A DNA stretch of 64,000 bases from a virus (lineage: Duplodnaviria > Heunggongvirae > Uroviricota > Caudoviricetes), in IMG/VR virus record IMGVR_UViG_3300029725_000197; one strand, 5' to 3'. The translations under genes and the position numbers were made by a program. Each line of letters begins with the position of its first letter. The first letter of the stretch is position 1. This document shows positions 18,032 through 25,977 of the stretch, one piece after another. The notes beneath the pieces are model-generated. The model was not told where the DNA came from. It worked only from the letters and a program-made list of their open reading frames with translations, and made no database searches.

Positions 18032-18511
18032 ATGAAGAACAAGAAATATTACATCGCCTACGGCAGCAACCTGTCGGTGGAGCAGATGGCATACCGGTGT
18101 CCGGATGCAAAAATTGCAGGGCAGGCGGTGCTGGCAGGCTGGGAGCTTTTGTTCCGGGGCTGCGCCACCATCGCACCGAACCCGAAGAAGAACACGCCGG
18201 TTCTGGTGTGGGAGATTTCGGAAAGGGACGAAGGAAACCTCGACCTCTATGAGGGCTACCCGAATTACTACCGCAAGGAAGACCTGAACATCGAACTGCT
18301 CCGGGAAGGGGCAGAACCGGAGATGGTGACCGCAATGGTATATATCATGGAGAACGACTTCGGACGCCGCGCACCGAGCCGGTATTACTACAAAGTTCTG
18401 CATGACGGCTATAAGGCATTCCGCTTCCCGATGCACATCCTCGAAGGTGCGCTGAAGGAATGCATGGATAAGGATGCCGCCCAGCGGATGATCGAGGAGG
18501 TGCAGGCATGA
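18032..18511 (+). CDS. gamma-glutamyl cyclotransferase-like (AIG2/GGCT fold) protein 2
   Basis: 'YYIAYGSNL…LVWEISE…LDLYEGYPNYY' is paralogous to 17380-17901. Confidence 0.65.
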   Translation: MKNKKYYIAYGSNLSVEQMAYRCPDAKIAGQAVLAGWELLFRGCATIAPNPKKNTPVLVWEISERDEGNLDLYEGYPNYYRKEDLNIELLREGAEPEMVTAMVYIMENDFGRRAPSRYYYKVLHDGYKAFRFPMHILEGALKECMDKDAAQRMIEEVQA

Positions 18512-18975
18512 ATTTCGCAGATCAGAAAATGGTCAGGAAGTTGAGAAAAGAGTTCCCGGTCGGATGCCGGATCGTCCTCGATGAGATGGATGACAAGCAG
18601 GCACCGCCCATCGGAACGCAGGGAACCTGCAACGGGGTCGATGATGCCGGAAACATCTTGGTGAGCTGGGACACCGGAAGCCATCTGAACGTTGCCTACG
18701 GCGCGGACAGTTGCCACCGTGTGGCTTCGGAAGCCGAGGTCAAGGTGTCGCTCGACCGCCTTGGTAAAACGCGACAGACCGGCCCACGTTGCCCCAGGTG
18801 CGGAGCAAAGCCTGACTGTTACGACCATCAGCAGCAGGCACTCAGCCGAAGGGCGGACATCCAGATCTGCAACCGCTGCGGAACGGAGGAAGCATTAGAG
18901 GACATTGCATGGGGCGGACAGCAGAAGATGCATCTTGCAGACTGGGCAATCGTGAAAGGAGGCTGGGTCGAATGA
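18508..18975 (+). CDS. DUF4314-like domain + C-terminal zinc-ribbon protein
   Basis: 'VGCRIVLDEMDDKQAPPIGTQGTCNGVDDAGNILVSWDTGSHL' resembles DUF4314 (from memory). C-terminal CPRCG…CNRCG. Confidence 0.4.
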   Translation: MNFADQKMVRKLRKEFPVGCRIVLDEMDDKQAPPIGTQGTCNGVDDAGNILVSWDTGSHLNVAYGADSCHRVASEAEVKVSLDRLGKTRQTGPRCPRCGAKPDCYDHQQQALSRRADIQICNRCGTEEALEDIAWGGQQKMHLADWAIVKGGWVE

Positions 18976-19343
18976 AGGTTCTTCTGATCAAACCGATGGA
19001 GCATCCGCAGGTGGTGGACATTGAAAACTCCCTGAAAGAGTTCTACCGCATCCTCGACTGCGACTGCATCACAGCCACCTACCCGTGGGAAGAACGCGCC
19101 GTCCTGGTCACCGATGACAACGGGCTGTTCACCGAGAAGTCATTCAGCAGATACGTTCCGGAGCTGGAGCAGCCCATCAAGGGAAACTTCTTCATCTGCG
19201 GATTGGGCGAGGAAGATTTCGCAGAGCTGCCCCAGGACCTCATCCAGAAATTCAGGGAACGCTTCTGGGTGCCGGAGGCATTCGTCAGCATGTTCGGGCA
19301 GATGGCAGTCATCCAGATGGATGACGGAACGAAGCCGGAATAA
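18972..19343 (+). CDS. DUF3846-like protein
   Basis: 'MKVLLIKPMEHPQVVDIENSLKEFYRIL…NFFICGLGEEDFAEL' fits the DUF3846 pattern (from memory). Start overlaps the upstream stop. Confidence 0.45.
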   Translation: MKVLLIKPMEHPQVVDIENSLKEFYRILDCDCITATYPWEERAVLVTDDNGLFTEKSFSRYVPELEQPIKGNFFICGLGEEDFAELPQDLIQKFRERFWVPEAFVSMFGQMAVIQMDDGTKPE

Positions 19344-19414
19344 GATACCACAATCAGAAAAATACCCTCTCGGCCAGAAAAGACCGGGAGGGCTTGGTTT
19401 AACAGGAGGAGCCT

Positions 19415-19606
19415 ATGGGACACAGGAAGATGCCGGCTTATGGCGAGAGGGAACACGGCGGCAGATACATTCTGGATGAATACGAATGGTCGAGAAATCA
19501 CGGCAAGGCGGTGACCATCCGCAGATGGAAAAGAGACCTGAAAAAGAAAGCCAGGGCGCATAACCGCAGGGTGATGCATCAGGCAATGCAGGGCGAAGCC
19601 GATTAG
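19415..19606 (+). CDS. small basic hypothetical protein
   Basis: RBS AGGAGGAG before ATG 19415. 63 aa. Confidence 0.4.
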   Translation: MGHRKMPAYGEREHGGRYILDEYEWSRNHGKAVTIRRWKRDLKKKARAHNRRVMHQAMQGEAD

Positions 19607-19805
19607 ACGGAAAATGGGGGCCTCAAAAGAATGAGAACCCCCTTCCAGTTTACTGTATATTACCTCTGGAAAGCAACGATAGCAAGAAGAACCGCCGCCA
19701 TAATGTACACAAACATCTGGCAGCGGTTTTGTGTATCATACCAAATCAAAACGGGGGATACGAGGCAGAACCCCAGCTTCTGCTGGGGGAGCCTTTTGGG
19801 ATTCC

Positions 19806-20057
19806 TTAGAAGAAATCCCTCATGCTCATGCCGACCTCGTTCAGTCGTTCTTCCATGCTGTGGTAGTGCCAATCTTCTTCCTCTTCTTCGTCCTCTTCCT
19901 CAAGCTCTTCTGGGAAGGGGTCGTGCCGCCATCCGGCTTTCTGGTATTCTTCTTCCCGGATGTCGTTGCGGTCGTAAATGTCCAGCTCGTATTCTTCTTC
20001 AAGCTCTGCGATGCGGTTTTCGATTGCGGTTTCAACTTCTGTAATGGTCTTTTTCAT
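19806..20057 (-). CDS. small acidic protein (E-rich) on the minus strand
   Basis: On the reverse strand, RBS GGAGG before ATG (20057). 'EELEEEDEEEEEDWHYH'. Driven by the divergent cassette copy P9. Confidence 0.5.
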   Translation of the reverse strand: MKKTITEVETAIENRIAELEEEYELDIYDRNDIREEEYQKAGWRHDPFPEELEEEDEEEEEDWHYHSMEERLNEVGMSMRDFF

Positions 20058-20099
20058 GGTTTTTGTCCTCCGTTTTTGGTTTGGTTTTCTTTGCTTTCG

Positions 20100-20136
20100 T
20101 TGTGTGTATAATGCCGCAGAAACACATATATAGCAA
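20100..20136 (-). promoter_or_regulatory. promoter cassette copy P9 (minus strand; TTGCTA-17-CATTAT)
   Basis: Reverse-complement cassette, divergent from P1. Confidence 0.4.
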
Positions 20137-20206
20137 GTCAATCAGGGGTTATATATGTACCAAACATGAGGGGCAAAGAACGTTGATAATATGACGTTTT
20201 ATGGCC

Positions 20207-20255
20207 TTGCTATCACAGGGCGGTGACGGTAATATACAGCTACAAAAAGCAAAGG
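20207..20255 (+). promoter_or_regulatory. promoter cassette copy P1 (TTGCTA-17-TAATAT acagctac)
   Basis: 'ggccTTGCTAtcacagggcggtgacggTAATATacag'. Confidence 0.5.
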
Positions 20256-20266
20256 AGGACAGCAAA

Positions 20267-20443
20267 ATGGCTGATTGGAGAACATGGAAAAAAGGGAGAA
20301 AGACAACATGGCACTGGAACGAATTCGATGGAAGCGGAAGCCGGGAAGGAATCATCACCGAGGTTCATGAAGACCATGCGATTATGGAAGCAGACGGCAT
20401 GCACCTTTGGATCGACGATGACACGGCAGAGATGTTCAGCTAA
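20267..20443 (+). CDS. small acidic hypothetical protein (58 aa)
   Basis: RBS AAGGAGG before ATG 20267. Confidence 0.45.
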   Translation: MADWRTWKKGRKTTWHWNEFDGSGSREGIITEVHEDHAIMEADGMHLWIDDDTAEMFS

Positions 20444-20523
20444 GAAAACGGGGAGGGAAACCTCCCCGGATAAACACATAAATCCTCCAGATCAGGGGGC
20501 AGATGATCGTGTACTTTAGCCGC

Positions 20524-20575
20524 TTGATAGTATCCGGCAGTGACGGTAATATACAGCTACCAAAACGAAAGGGGC
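20524..20575 (+). promoter_or_regulatory. promoter cassette copy P2 (TTGATA-17-TAATAT)
   Basis: 'gccgcTTGATAgtatccggcagtgacggTAATATacagctaccaaaacgaaaggggcaaag'. Confidence 0.55.
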
Positions 20576-20582
20576 AAAGAAC

Positions 20583-20789
20583 ATGGAACGCTACACTTAT
20601 GAGATCACCTTTACACGGCTGGATGGACAGCAGGATGAAATCCAGCAGCACACCAGCGAGGAGCTGGCAAGAGAATGCTTCCGGCTTTTCGATGAGCCGG
20701 ACAGCGCAGAGATGTACAGCAAAATTGAACTTAGCCGCCATGACTGGGAGACAGGCATGGATGAGATTCTGGAAACGATGACATTTTGA
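20583..20789 (+). CDS. small acidic hypothetical protein (68 aa)
   Basis: ATG directly after the conserved leader. Confidence 0.45.
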   Translation: MERYTYEITFTRLDGQQDEIQQHTSEELARECFRLFDEPDSAEMYSKIELSRHDWETGMDEILETMTF

Positions 20790-20804
20790 GAGGAGAACAA
20801 AAAC

Positions 20805-21065
20805 ATGACCTACACAAAAATCAACCTTTATCTTGCAAACGGAATTCCAGAGGCACTCAGCAACCTCTGGTACGGAAGCGACAGTGCGGTGGTCGAGATC
20901 AGGGATGCCGTTGAGGATGCGAAGAACGGCAAGGACCTTCTGAACCGTATCCAGAAGATGAAGCTCCTTCGGAAATTCACCCTCGACAGGGAGAACGACA
21001 AGCGCATCCGCTTCAAGGGAACGGACTGCTGGGGCAACGTAAGCTACCTCGAAATCATCCGCTAA
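20805..21065 (+). CDS. hypothetical protein (86 aa)
   Basis: RBS GAGGAG before ATG 20805. Co-transcribed with 20583. Confidence 0.45.
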   Translation: MTYTKINLYLANGIPEALSNLWYGSDSAVVEIRDAVEDAKNGKDLLNRIQKMKLLRKFTLDRENDKRIRFKGTDCWGNVSYLEIIR

Positions 21066-21084
21066 AGGCAAGACCGACAGGCGC

Positions 21085-21116
21085 AAGGGGCTGGAAATGA
21101 CCAGCCTTTTGCTCGT
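21085..21116 (+). terminator. terminator (GGCTGG aaatga CCAGCC TTTTGCTCG)
   Basis: Perfect 6-bp stem plus T-run. Confidence 0.5.
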
Positions 21117-21193
21117 GTCTGTCTTCCGAAAGCTGGCATGAAAAGCACATAAATATGACAATTACAGGATTGAATGATCGTGTAGTTTAGCCG

Positions 21194-21245
21194 CTTGATA
21201 GTGTTTCGAGGTGACGGTAATATACAGTCACCGAAAGGGGAAAAC
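21194..21245 (+). promoter_or_regulatory. promoter cassette copy P3 (TTGATA-17-TAATAT inside GGTGAC…GTCACC palindrome)
   Basis: 'gccgcTTGATAgtgtttcgagGTGACggTAATATacaGTCACCgaaagggg'. Confidence 0.6.
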
Positions 21246-21267
21246 AACAAAAACGGAGGATACGACA

Positions 21268-21738
21268 ATGACGAAGAACGAAGACCGCATCAATAAACTT
21301 TTCAAGGAACTGGTACCGGATACGGGCAAGGCAGACAGCCTCGCAGGGGAGCTGGTAAGGGCAATGAGCCGCATCGGATACTGCTTTTACAACGACGGCG
21401 ACCAGCTGGGCATCGGCTACGGCAGGGAAACCTGCAACCCTGCAGGGCGGTTCCTTGGAGCCAAGGGCAACGACAAAATCGCAAAGCTGACTGCAGATGC
21501 CTGGGCAGTCTACAGTGAGGAAGCCTACGAAAAGGTTCTGGACATCCTTTGCGGAGCGGTTGCCGACTATGTTGAGCAGAACCCAGACCTTAGAAACCAG
21601 CCGACCGAAGATATGTGGGACTTCAAGGATGAGGAAGAAGACCAGGATGACAGCTGGGATGAAGAGGAAGATGACTGGGGCGAAGAGGAAGATGACTGGG
21701 GCGAAGAGGAAGATTACGAGGACGAAGAAGACTACTAA
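21268..21738 (+). CDS. hypothetical protein with poly-acidic D/E-W repeat tail (…DEEEDQDDSWDEEEDDWGEEEDDWGEEEDYEDEEDY)
   Basis: RBS 'aaacggagga' before ATG 21268. 157 aa. Confidence 0.55.
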   Translation: MTKNEDRINKLFKELVPDTGKADSLAGELVRAMSRIGYCFYNDGDQLGIGYGRETCNPAGRFLGAKGNDKIAKLTADAWAVYSEEAYEKVLDILCGAVADYVEQNPDLRNQPTEDMWDFKDEEEDQDDSWDEEEDDWGEEEDDWGEEEDYEDEEDY

Positions 21739-21751
21739 GCCAGAGAAACAC

Positions 21752-21786
21752 ATGGGGCTTGCCGGTAACGGCAGCCCTTTTCTTCT
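21752..21786 (+). terminator. terminator (GGGCTTGCCG gtaa CGGCAGCCC TTTTCTTCT)
   Basis: Stem-loop plus T-run. Confidence 0.45.
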
Positions 21787-21835
21787 GCTGTAATACGCAC
21801 AGTTCCGGGCGGCTATCTTTGTGTAGTATAGCCGC

Positions 21836-21890
21836 TTGATAGTGTGTGACATAGACGGTAATATGCACATACCGAAACGGAAAACCAAGA
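21836..21890 (+). promoter_or_regulatory. promoter cassette copy P4 (TTGATA-17-TAATAT gcacataccgaaacgg)
   Basis: Conserved -35, spacing, -10 and leader. Confidence 0.55.
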
Positions 21891-21908
21891 AAAACGGAGG
21901 AAACCACC

Positions 21909-22100
21909 ATGAAGAAGAACATCACCAAGGAAGAGGGAAAAGCCCTGCTGGAGATCGCCAAGCGCCTGATGGTAGCGGTAGACAGCCGGGGAGATCTCGA
22001 AGCCCGCGACAATGACAGCGAAGATTTCATTGAGGTTCCGGTCTGGGGCATCCAGAAAGCAATGGAGGAAGCCTACCTGCTGGGACGGATGAACAGATAA
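21909..22100 (+). CDS. small acidic hypothetical protein (63 aa)
   Basis: RBS 'aacggagga' before ATG 21909. Confidence 0.45.
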   Translation: MKKNITKEEGKALLEIAKRLMVAVDSRGDLEARDNDSEDFIEVPVWGIQKAMEEAYLLGRMNR

Positions 22101-22229
22101 ACCGACAGCCCCCCGACACAGCCCCACACAGGGGCTTGTGCCACGGGTGGCAAAACGATCCGAATGAAGCGACAACGCCCCACACAGGGGAAGATGTGGC
22201 GGCGTGGATGCCCCAGGAAGGAAAAGCAC

Positions 22230-22445
22230 ATGGAAGAACGGATGATGGATACCATCGTGGAAATCTACAACCATATGGATGACAGCGATAAGGATGCCTT
22301 CACACTGGAGGATGCCGAGGATATGGTGGAAGACCAGATCAGGATGGACAAGGAAGCTGGACGGGAACCGCTGGCATATGACCCGCAGTTCTTCTACGAT
22401 ACCATTGTAGACCTCATGGAGCAGGATGCCGAAGATGCAGAGTAA
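22230..22445 (+). CDS. small acidic hypothetical protein (71 aa)
   Basis: RBS 'aggaaggaaaag' before ATG 22230. No cassette of its own. Confidence 0.4.
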   Translation: MEERMMDTIVEIYNHMDDSDKDAFTLEDAEDMVEDQIRMDKEAGREPLAYDPQFFYDTIVDLMEQDAEDAE

Positions 22446-22494
22446 TGTACATTCTGCCCGGTATTCTGGGAAGATGATCGTGTAGTATAGCCGC

Positions 22495-22560
22495 TTGATA
22501 GTGTGCCGAAGTGACGGTAATATACAGTCACCGAAAGGGGCAAAGCCCAAGGAAAACAAA
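22495..22560 (+). promoter_or_regulatory. promoter cassette copy P5 (TTGATA-17-TAATAT, GTGAC…GTCAC palindrome)
   Basis: 'gccgcTTGATAgtgtgccgaaGTGACggTAATATacaGTCACcgaaaggggcaaag'. Confidence 0.6.
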
Positions 22561-22579
22561 ACACACGGAGGATACGAAC

Positions 22580-22864
22580 ATGAAAAAGAATTTGATCGAC
22601 TTTCCAGAAAACAACATCAGCATTGAGAGTTTCTACGACCGGCTCAGACCTTGCTACGACAGCATCATGCAGTTCGGTGACCGGGTTTTGGTTGCCCAGA
22701 TGAACTGGAACGGCATGCTGGAGGGAGCGGTATACGGATTTGTGGAAGACCCAGAGGAAGGCTGGTCACCGATTGAGTGCCGACTGGAGCTTCTGAAGAT
22801 TTCCGATGAGACCTACACGGATGCCGGTCACGCGATCGAGTGGTGCATCAAGAACGCACACTGA
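22580..22864 (+). CDS. hypothetical protein (94 aa)
   Basis: RBS 'cacggagga' before ATG 22580. Confidence 0.45.
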   Translation: MKKNLIDFPENNISIESFYDRLRPCYDSIMQFGDRVLVAQMNWNGMLEGAVYGFVEDPEEGWSPIECRLELLKISDETYTDAGHAIEWCIKNAH

Positions 22865-22869
22865 AAAAG

Positions 22870-22906
22870 GGCAGAGCTCCTTCGGGGGCTTTTGCTCGTA
22901 GTGGCG
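22870..22906 (+). terminator. terminator (AGCTCC ttcg GGGGCT TTTGCTCG), UUCG loop
   Basis: Stem-loop plus T-run. Same TTTTGCTCG tail as the hairpin at 21085. Confidence 0.5.
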
Positions 22907-22976
22907 GATTCTTCCAGTGTGGAAATACACATAAATCCGACAAAAAGAGGTGTGTATGATCGTGCAGCATAGCCGC

Positions 22977-23045
22977 TTGCTATGTCCGGGCAGTGACGGT
23001 AATATACAGTCACAACGAAGGGAAAAGCCCTACGGAAAACAAAAC
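22977..23045 (+). promoter_or_regulatory. promoter cassette copy P6 (TTGCTA-17-TAATAT, GTGAC…GTCAC)
   Basis: 'gccgcTTGCTAtgtccgggcaGTGACggTAATATacaGTCACaacgaagggaaaag'. Confidence 0.55.
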
Positions 23046-23063
23046 ACACGGAGGATACAGACC

Positions 23064-23441
23064 ATGACGAACAAAGCAAAAACCTACCTTAAGAACATTC
23101 AGGAAGCCGACACCGAGAAGAAGCTGATCGGCATCGAGATCGCCTTCAAGCAGGACATGGCCCTCAGCTGCAACGACCTCGGAAGCCTTTGCAGGGCGGC
23201 AGAGGACAGGCGGTACAGCCTGCGGAACAACGAGGAGACGCTGAAGCTGAAGCAGATCCTTTTCTTCCGGACGAAAGCGGAGATGGATGCCTACCACGAT
23301 ATGAGCCGCAAGCCGGAAGACTGGACGGCAGAGGAGATCGAGCAGCAGAGAAGCCGCTTCTGCAGCGTCTGGCAGGTCATCGAGGAAGCGGAGCTGGTCG
23401 ATGAATACGAGGCTTGGAAGGAAGCCAACCCCAACGCCTAA
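23064..23441 (+). CDS. hypothetical protein (125 aa)
   Basis: RBS 'cacggagga' before ATG 23064. Confidence 0.45.
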   Translation: MTNKAKTYLKNIQEADTEKKLIGIEIAFKQDMALSCNDLGSLCRAAEDRRYSLRNNEETLKLKQILFFRTKAEMDAYHDMSRKPEDWTAEEIEQQRSRFCSVWQVIEEAELVDEYEAWKEANPNA

Positions 23442-23632
23442 CAGCACCCGAAAGGTACACGCCCCGAAAAGGGGCTGTGCCTCGTATCCGATGTGTTTTA
23501 TATAAAGTTGCCGAAATGGGAAACTATTTGTTAGTTATACAGAAAAGTTTCCTGCTTAGGAAAATGCTATTACAAGGACTTCTTTGGAGGTCCTTTTTCT
23601 TTACCCATTTTTGCAGAAAGGAGGAGATGCCA

Positions 23633-24112
23633 ATGGCTACCAGAGGCAGAAAACCAAAGCCGACCGCCATGAAGGAACTGGAAGGTAATCCGGGCAAGCA
23701 TCCGCTGAACACCAGCGAACCGAAGCCCAATAAGAAAGCACCGGCCTGTCCGAAGTGGCTGGAGCCGGAAGCAAAGAAAGAGTGGCGTAGACTTGCCAAA
23801 CAGATGGAAGCCATCGGCATCCTGACCGAAGTGGACATGGCGGCCTTTGCCGGTTACTGTCAGGCGTATGCCCGATGGAAGGAGGCAGAGGAGTTCATCA
23901 CCCAGCATGGCACTATCGTCAAGACCCCGTCCGGGTACTGGCAGCAGGTGCCGCAGGTGTCCATCGCCCAGACCTATCTGAAGATCATGAACAAGTTTGC
24001 AGAGCAGTTCGGTCTGACCCCGTCCTCCCGAAGCCGGATCATTGCTTCGGACGGCGGTCCTGCGGATGCAGCTGATGAGATGGAGAATCTGCTGGGAGGA
24101 GGTGGAAGCTGA
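23633..24112 (+). CDS. terS: terminase small subunit (P27 family)
   Basis: 'GRKPKPTAMKELEGNPGKHPLN…EFGLTPSSRSRI' is the P27-family signature. RBS AAAGGAGGA upstream. Confidence 0.8.
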   Translation: MATRGRKPKPTAMKELEGNPGKHPLNTSEPKPNKKAPACPKWLEPEAKKEWRRLAKQMEAIGILTEVDMAAFAGYCQAYARWKEAEEFITQHGTIVKTPSGYWQQVPQVSIAQTYLKIMNKFAEQFGLTPSSRSRIIASDGGPADAADEMENLLGGGGS

Positions 24113-25737
24113 TGGCAGAGTGCAGACCCAAAAACTATCCGAAACTGAAGGACTACAAACCCAGCCGGTTCATGCTTCCGACCTGCCATTACGATGCCGC
24201 CAAAGCAGACCGGGCAGTGACTTTTATCGAAAACCTGCGTCATACCAAAGGCAAGTGGGCGGGCAAGCGGTTCTGGCTGCTTCCTTGGCAGGAGCAGATC
24301 ATCCGGGATGTGTTCGGCATCGTGGATGAAAAGGGAAACCGACAGTTTCGCACGGCTTATGTCGAAATAGGTAAGAAGAACGGCAAGTCCGAACTTGCCG
24401 CTGCGGTGGCCTTGTATCTGCTTTTTGCCGATAATGAGCCATCTGCCGAAGTCTATGGTGCGGCGGCTGACCGCCAGCAGGCGTCCATTGTTTTTGATGT
24501 TGCCCACCAGATGGTGCAGATGACCCCGGCACTTTTGAAACGGTGCAAGATCATGGCAGCCACCAAGCGCATCGTGAACTACGGGAACGCAGGATTTTAT
24601 CAGGTTCTGTCTGCCGAAGTTGGTACGAAGCACGGTCTGAACGTGTCAGGTCTGGTGCTGGATGAGGTTCATGCCCAGCCAAACCGAAAACTCTACGATG
24701 TCCTTACCAAAGGTTCCGGTGATGCCCGTGAACAGCCGTTGTTCTTCCTGATCACCACGGCCGGCACGGACAAGGAGAGCATCTGCTACGAGCTCCACAT
24801 GAAAGCCCTTGACCTGCTGGCTGGACGTAAGATCGACCACACCTTTTATCCTGTGGTCTATGGACTGACAGATGAGGATGACTGGCATGATGAAGCCAAC
24901 TGGTATAAGGCAAATCCCTCATTGGGGCAGACCATTCAGATCCAGCGTGTCCGGGATGCATATCAGGAAGCACTGGATAACCCGGCAGAGGAGAATGTGT
25001 TCAAGCAGCTTCGTCTGAACATGTGGGTGTCCTCGCTGACCCGGTTTATCCCGGAACACATCTATGACCTCGGCAATCAGCCAATCGATATGGAAGCACT
25101 TAAAGGCCGTGACTGTTATGGAGGACTGGACTTGTCCAGCACTGGAGACATCACGGCTTTTGTGCTGATGTTCCCGCCCAGAGTTCCAGAGGAGAAGTAC
25201 ATCATGCTTCCGTTTTTCTGGATACCGGAGGATACGATCCCCCAGCGGGTGCGCAGGGCATCTGTTCCGTATGATGTCTGGTATCAGCAGGGCTACCTGA
25301 TGGCGACAGAAGGCAATGTCATCCACTACGGTTTTATTGAGAAGGTCATCGAGGAACTGGGCAAGACCTATCACATTCTGGAGATTGCCTTTGACCGATG
25401 GGGAGCGGTGCAGATGACCCAGAACCTTGAGGGGATGGGATTTACGGTCGTTCCTTTCGGTCAGGGATTCAAAGATATGAGCCCGCCCACCAAAGAGTTC
25501 TACAAGCTCCTGATGGAAGGACGAATCATCCACGGCGGCAACCCGGTCATGGCATGGATGGCGGGGAATGTAGTCGTGGATACTGATCCGGCTGGCAACA
25601 TCAAGCCGACAAAGGCAAAATCGCCGGAGAAGATCGATGGTATCGTCGCTGCGATCATGGCACTGGATCGCTGCATCCGAAACGAAGGACAGCAGCAGGG
25701 AAGCGTCTATGACGAACGTGACATGATCGTTTTTTGA
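24112..25737 (+). CDS. terL: terminase large subunit
   Basis: 541 aa. ATG overlaps the TerS stop. Terminase_1-like Walker A region ('EIGKKNGKSELAAA') and C-terminal nuclease half. Confidence 0.85.
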   Translation: MAECRPKNYPKLKDYKPSRFMLPTCHYDAAKADRAVTFIENLRHTKGKWAGKRFWLLPWQEQIIRDVFGIVDEKGNRQFRTAYVEIGKKNGKSELAAAVALYLLFADNEPSAEVYGAAADRQQASIVFDVAHQMVQMTPALLKRCKIMAATKRIVNYGNAGFYQVLSAEVGTKHGLNVSGLVLDEVHAQPNRKLYDVLTKGSGDAREQPLFFLITTAGTDKESICYELHMKALDLLAGRKIDHTFYPVVYGLTDEDDWHDEANWYKANPSLGQTIQIQRVRDAYQEALDNPAEENVFKQLRLNMWVSSLTRFIPEHIYDLGNQPIDMEALKGRDCYGGLDLSSTGDITAFVLMFPPRVPEEKYIMLPFFWIPEDTIPQRVRRASVPYDVWYQQGYLMATEGNVIHYGFIEKVIEELGKTYHILEIAFDRWGAVQMTQNLEGMGFTVVPFGQGFKDMSPPTKEFYKLLMEGRIIHGGNPVMAWMAGNVVVDTDPAGNIKPTKAKSPEKIDGIVAAIMALDRCIRNEGQQQGSVYDERDMIVF

Positions 25738-25761
25738 TATGAAGATTTGGAGGAAAATACA

Positions 25762-25977
25762 ATGAAGTATCTGATGAGTGCAGAATGGTGGAAGGCAGCC
25801 GGCATCCGTGCTGCAAAGACAATGTTCCAGACCGGCGCGGCCCTGGTCGTGACACAGATGCCCGGCGGCACGGTGGACTGGATGGCGGTCGGCAGTGCAG
25901 TGATCGTGGCAGGTGTTGCGTCCCTCGGTACCAGCCTTGCCGGTCTGCCGGAACTGGAAAAGGGGGATAAGGCTTAA
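25762..25977 (+). CDS. small membrane protein (one TM)
   Basis: RBS GGAGGA before ATG 25762. Hydrophobic segment 'AVGSAVIVAGVASLGTSLAGL'. Confidence 0.45.
   Translation: MKYLMSAEWWKAAGIRAAKTMFQTGAALVVTQMPGGTVDWMAVGSAVIVAGVASLGTSLAGLPELEKGDKA

Noticed and set aside
19616-19642. GGGGG…CCCCC hairpin between convergent genes as a bidirectional terminator
   Set aside because: Only 5 bp pair cleanly and there is no clear U-tract on either strand. Too weak to call.
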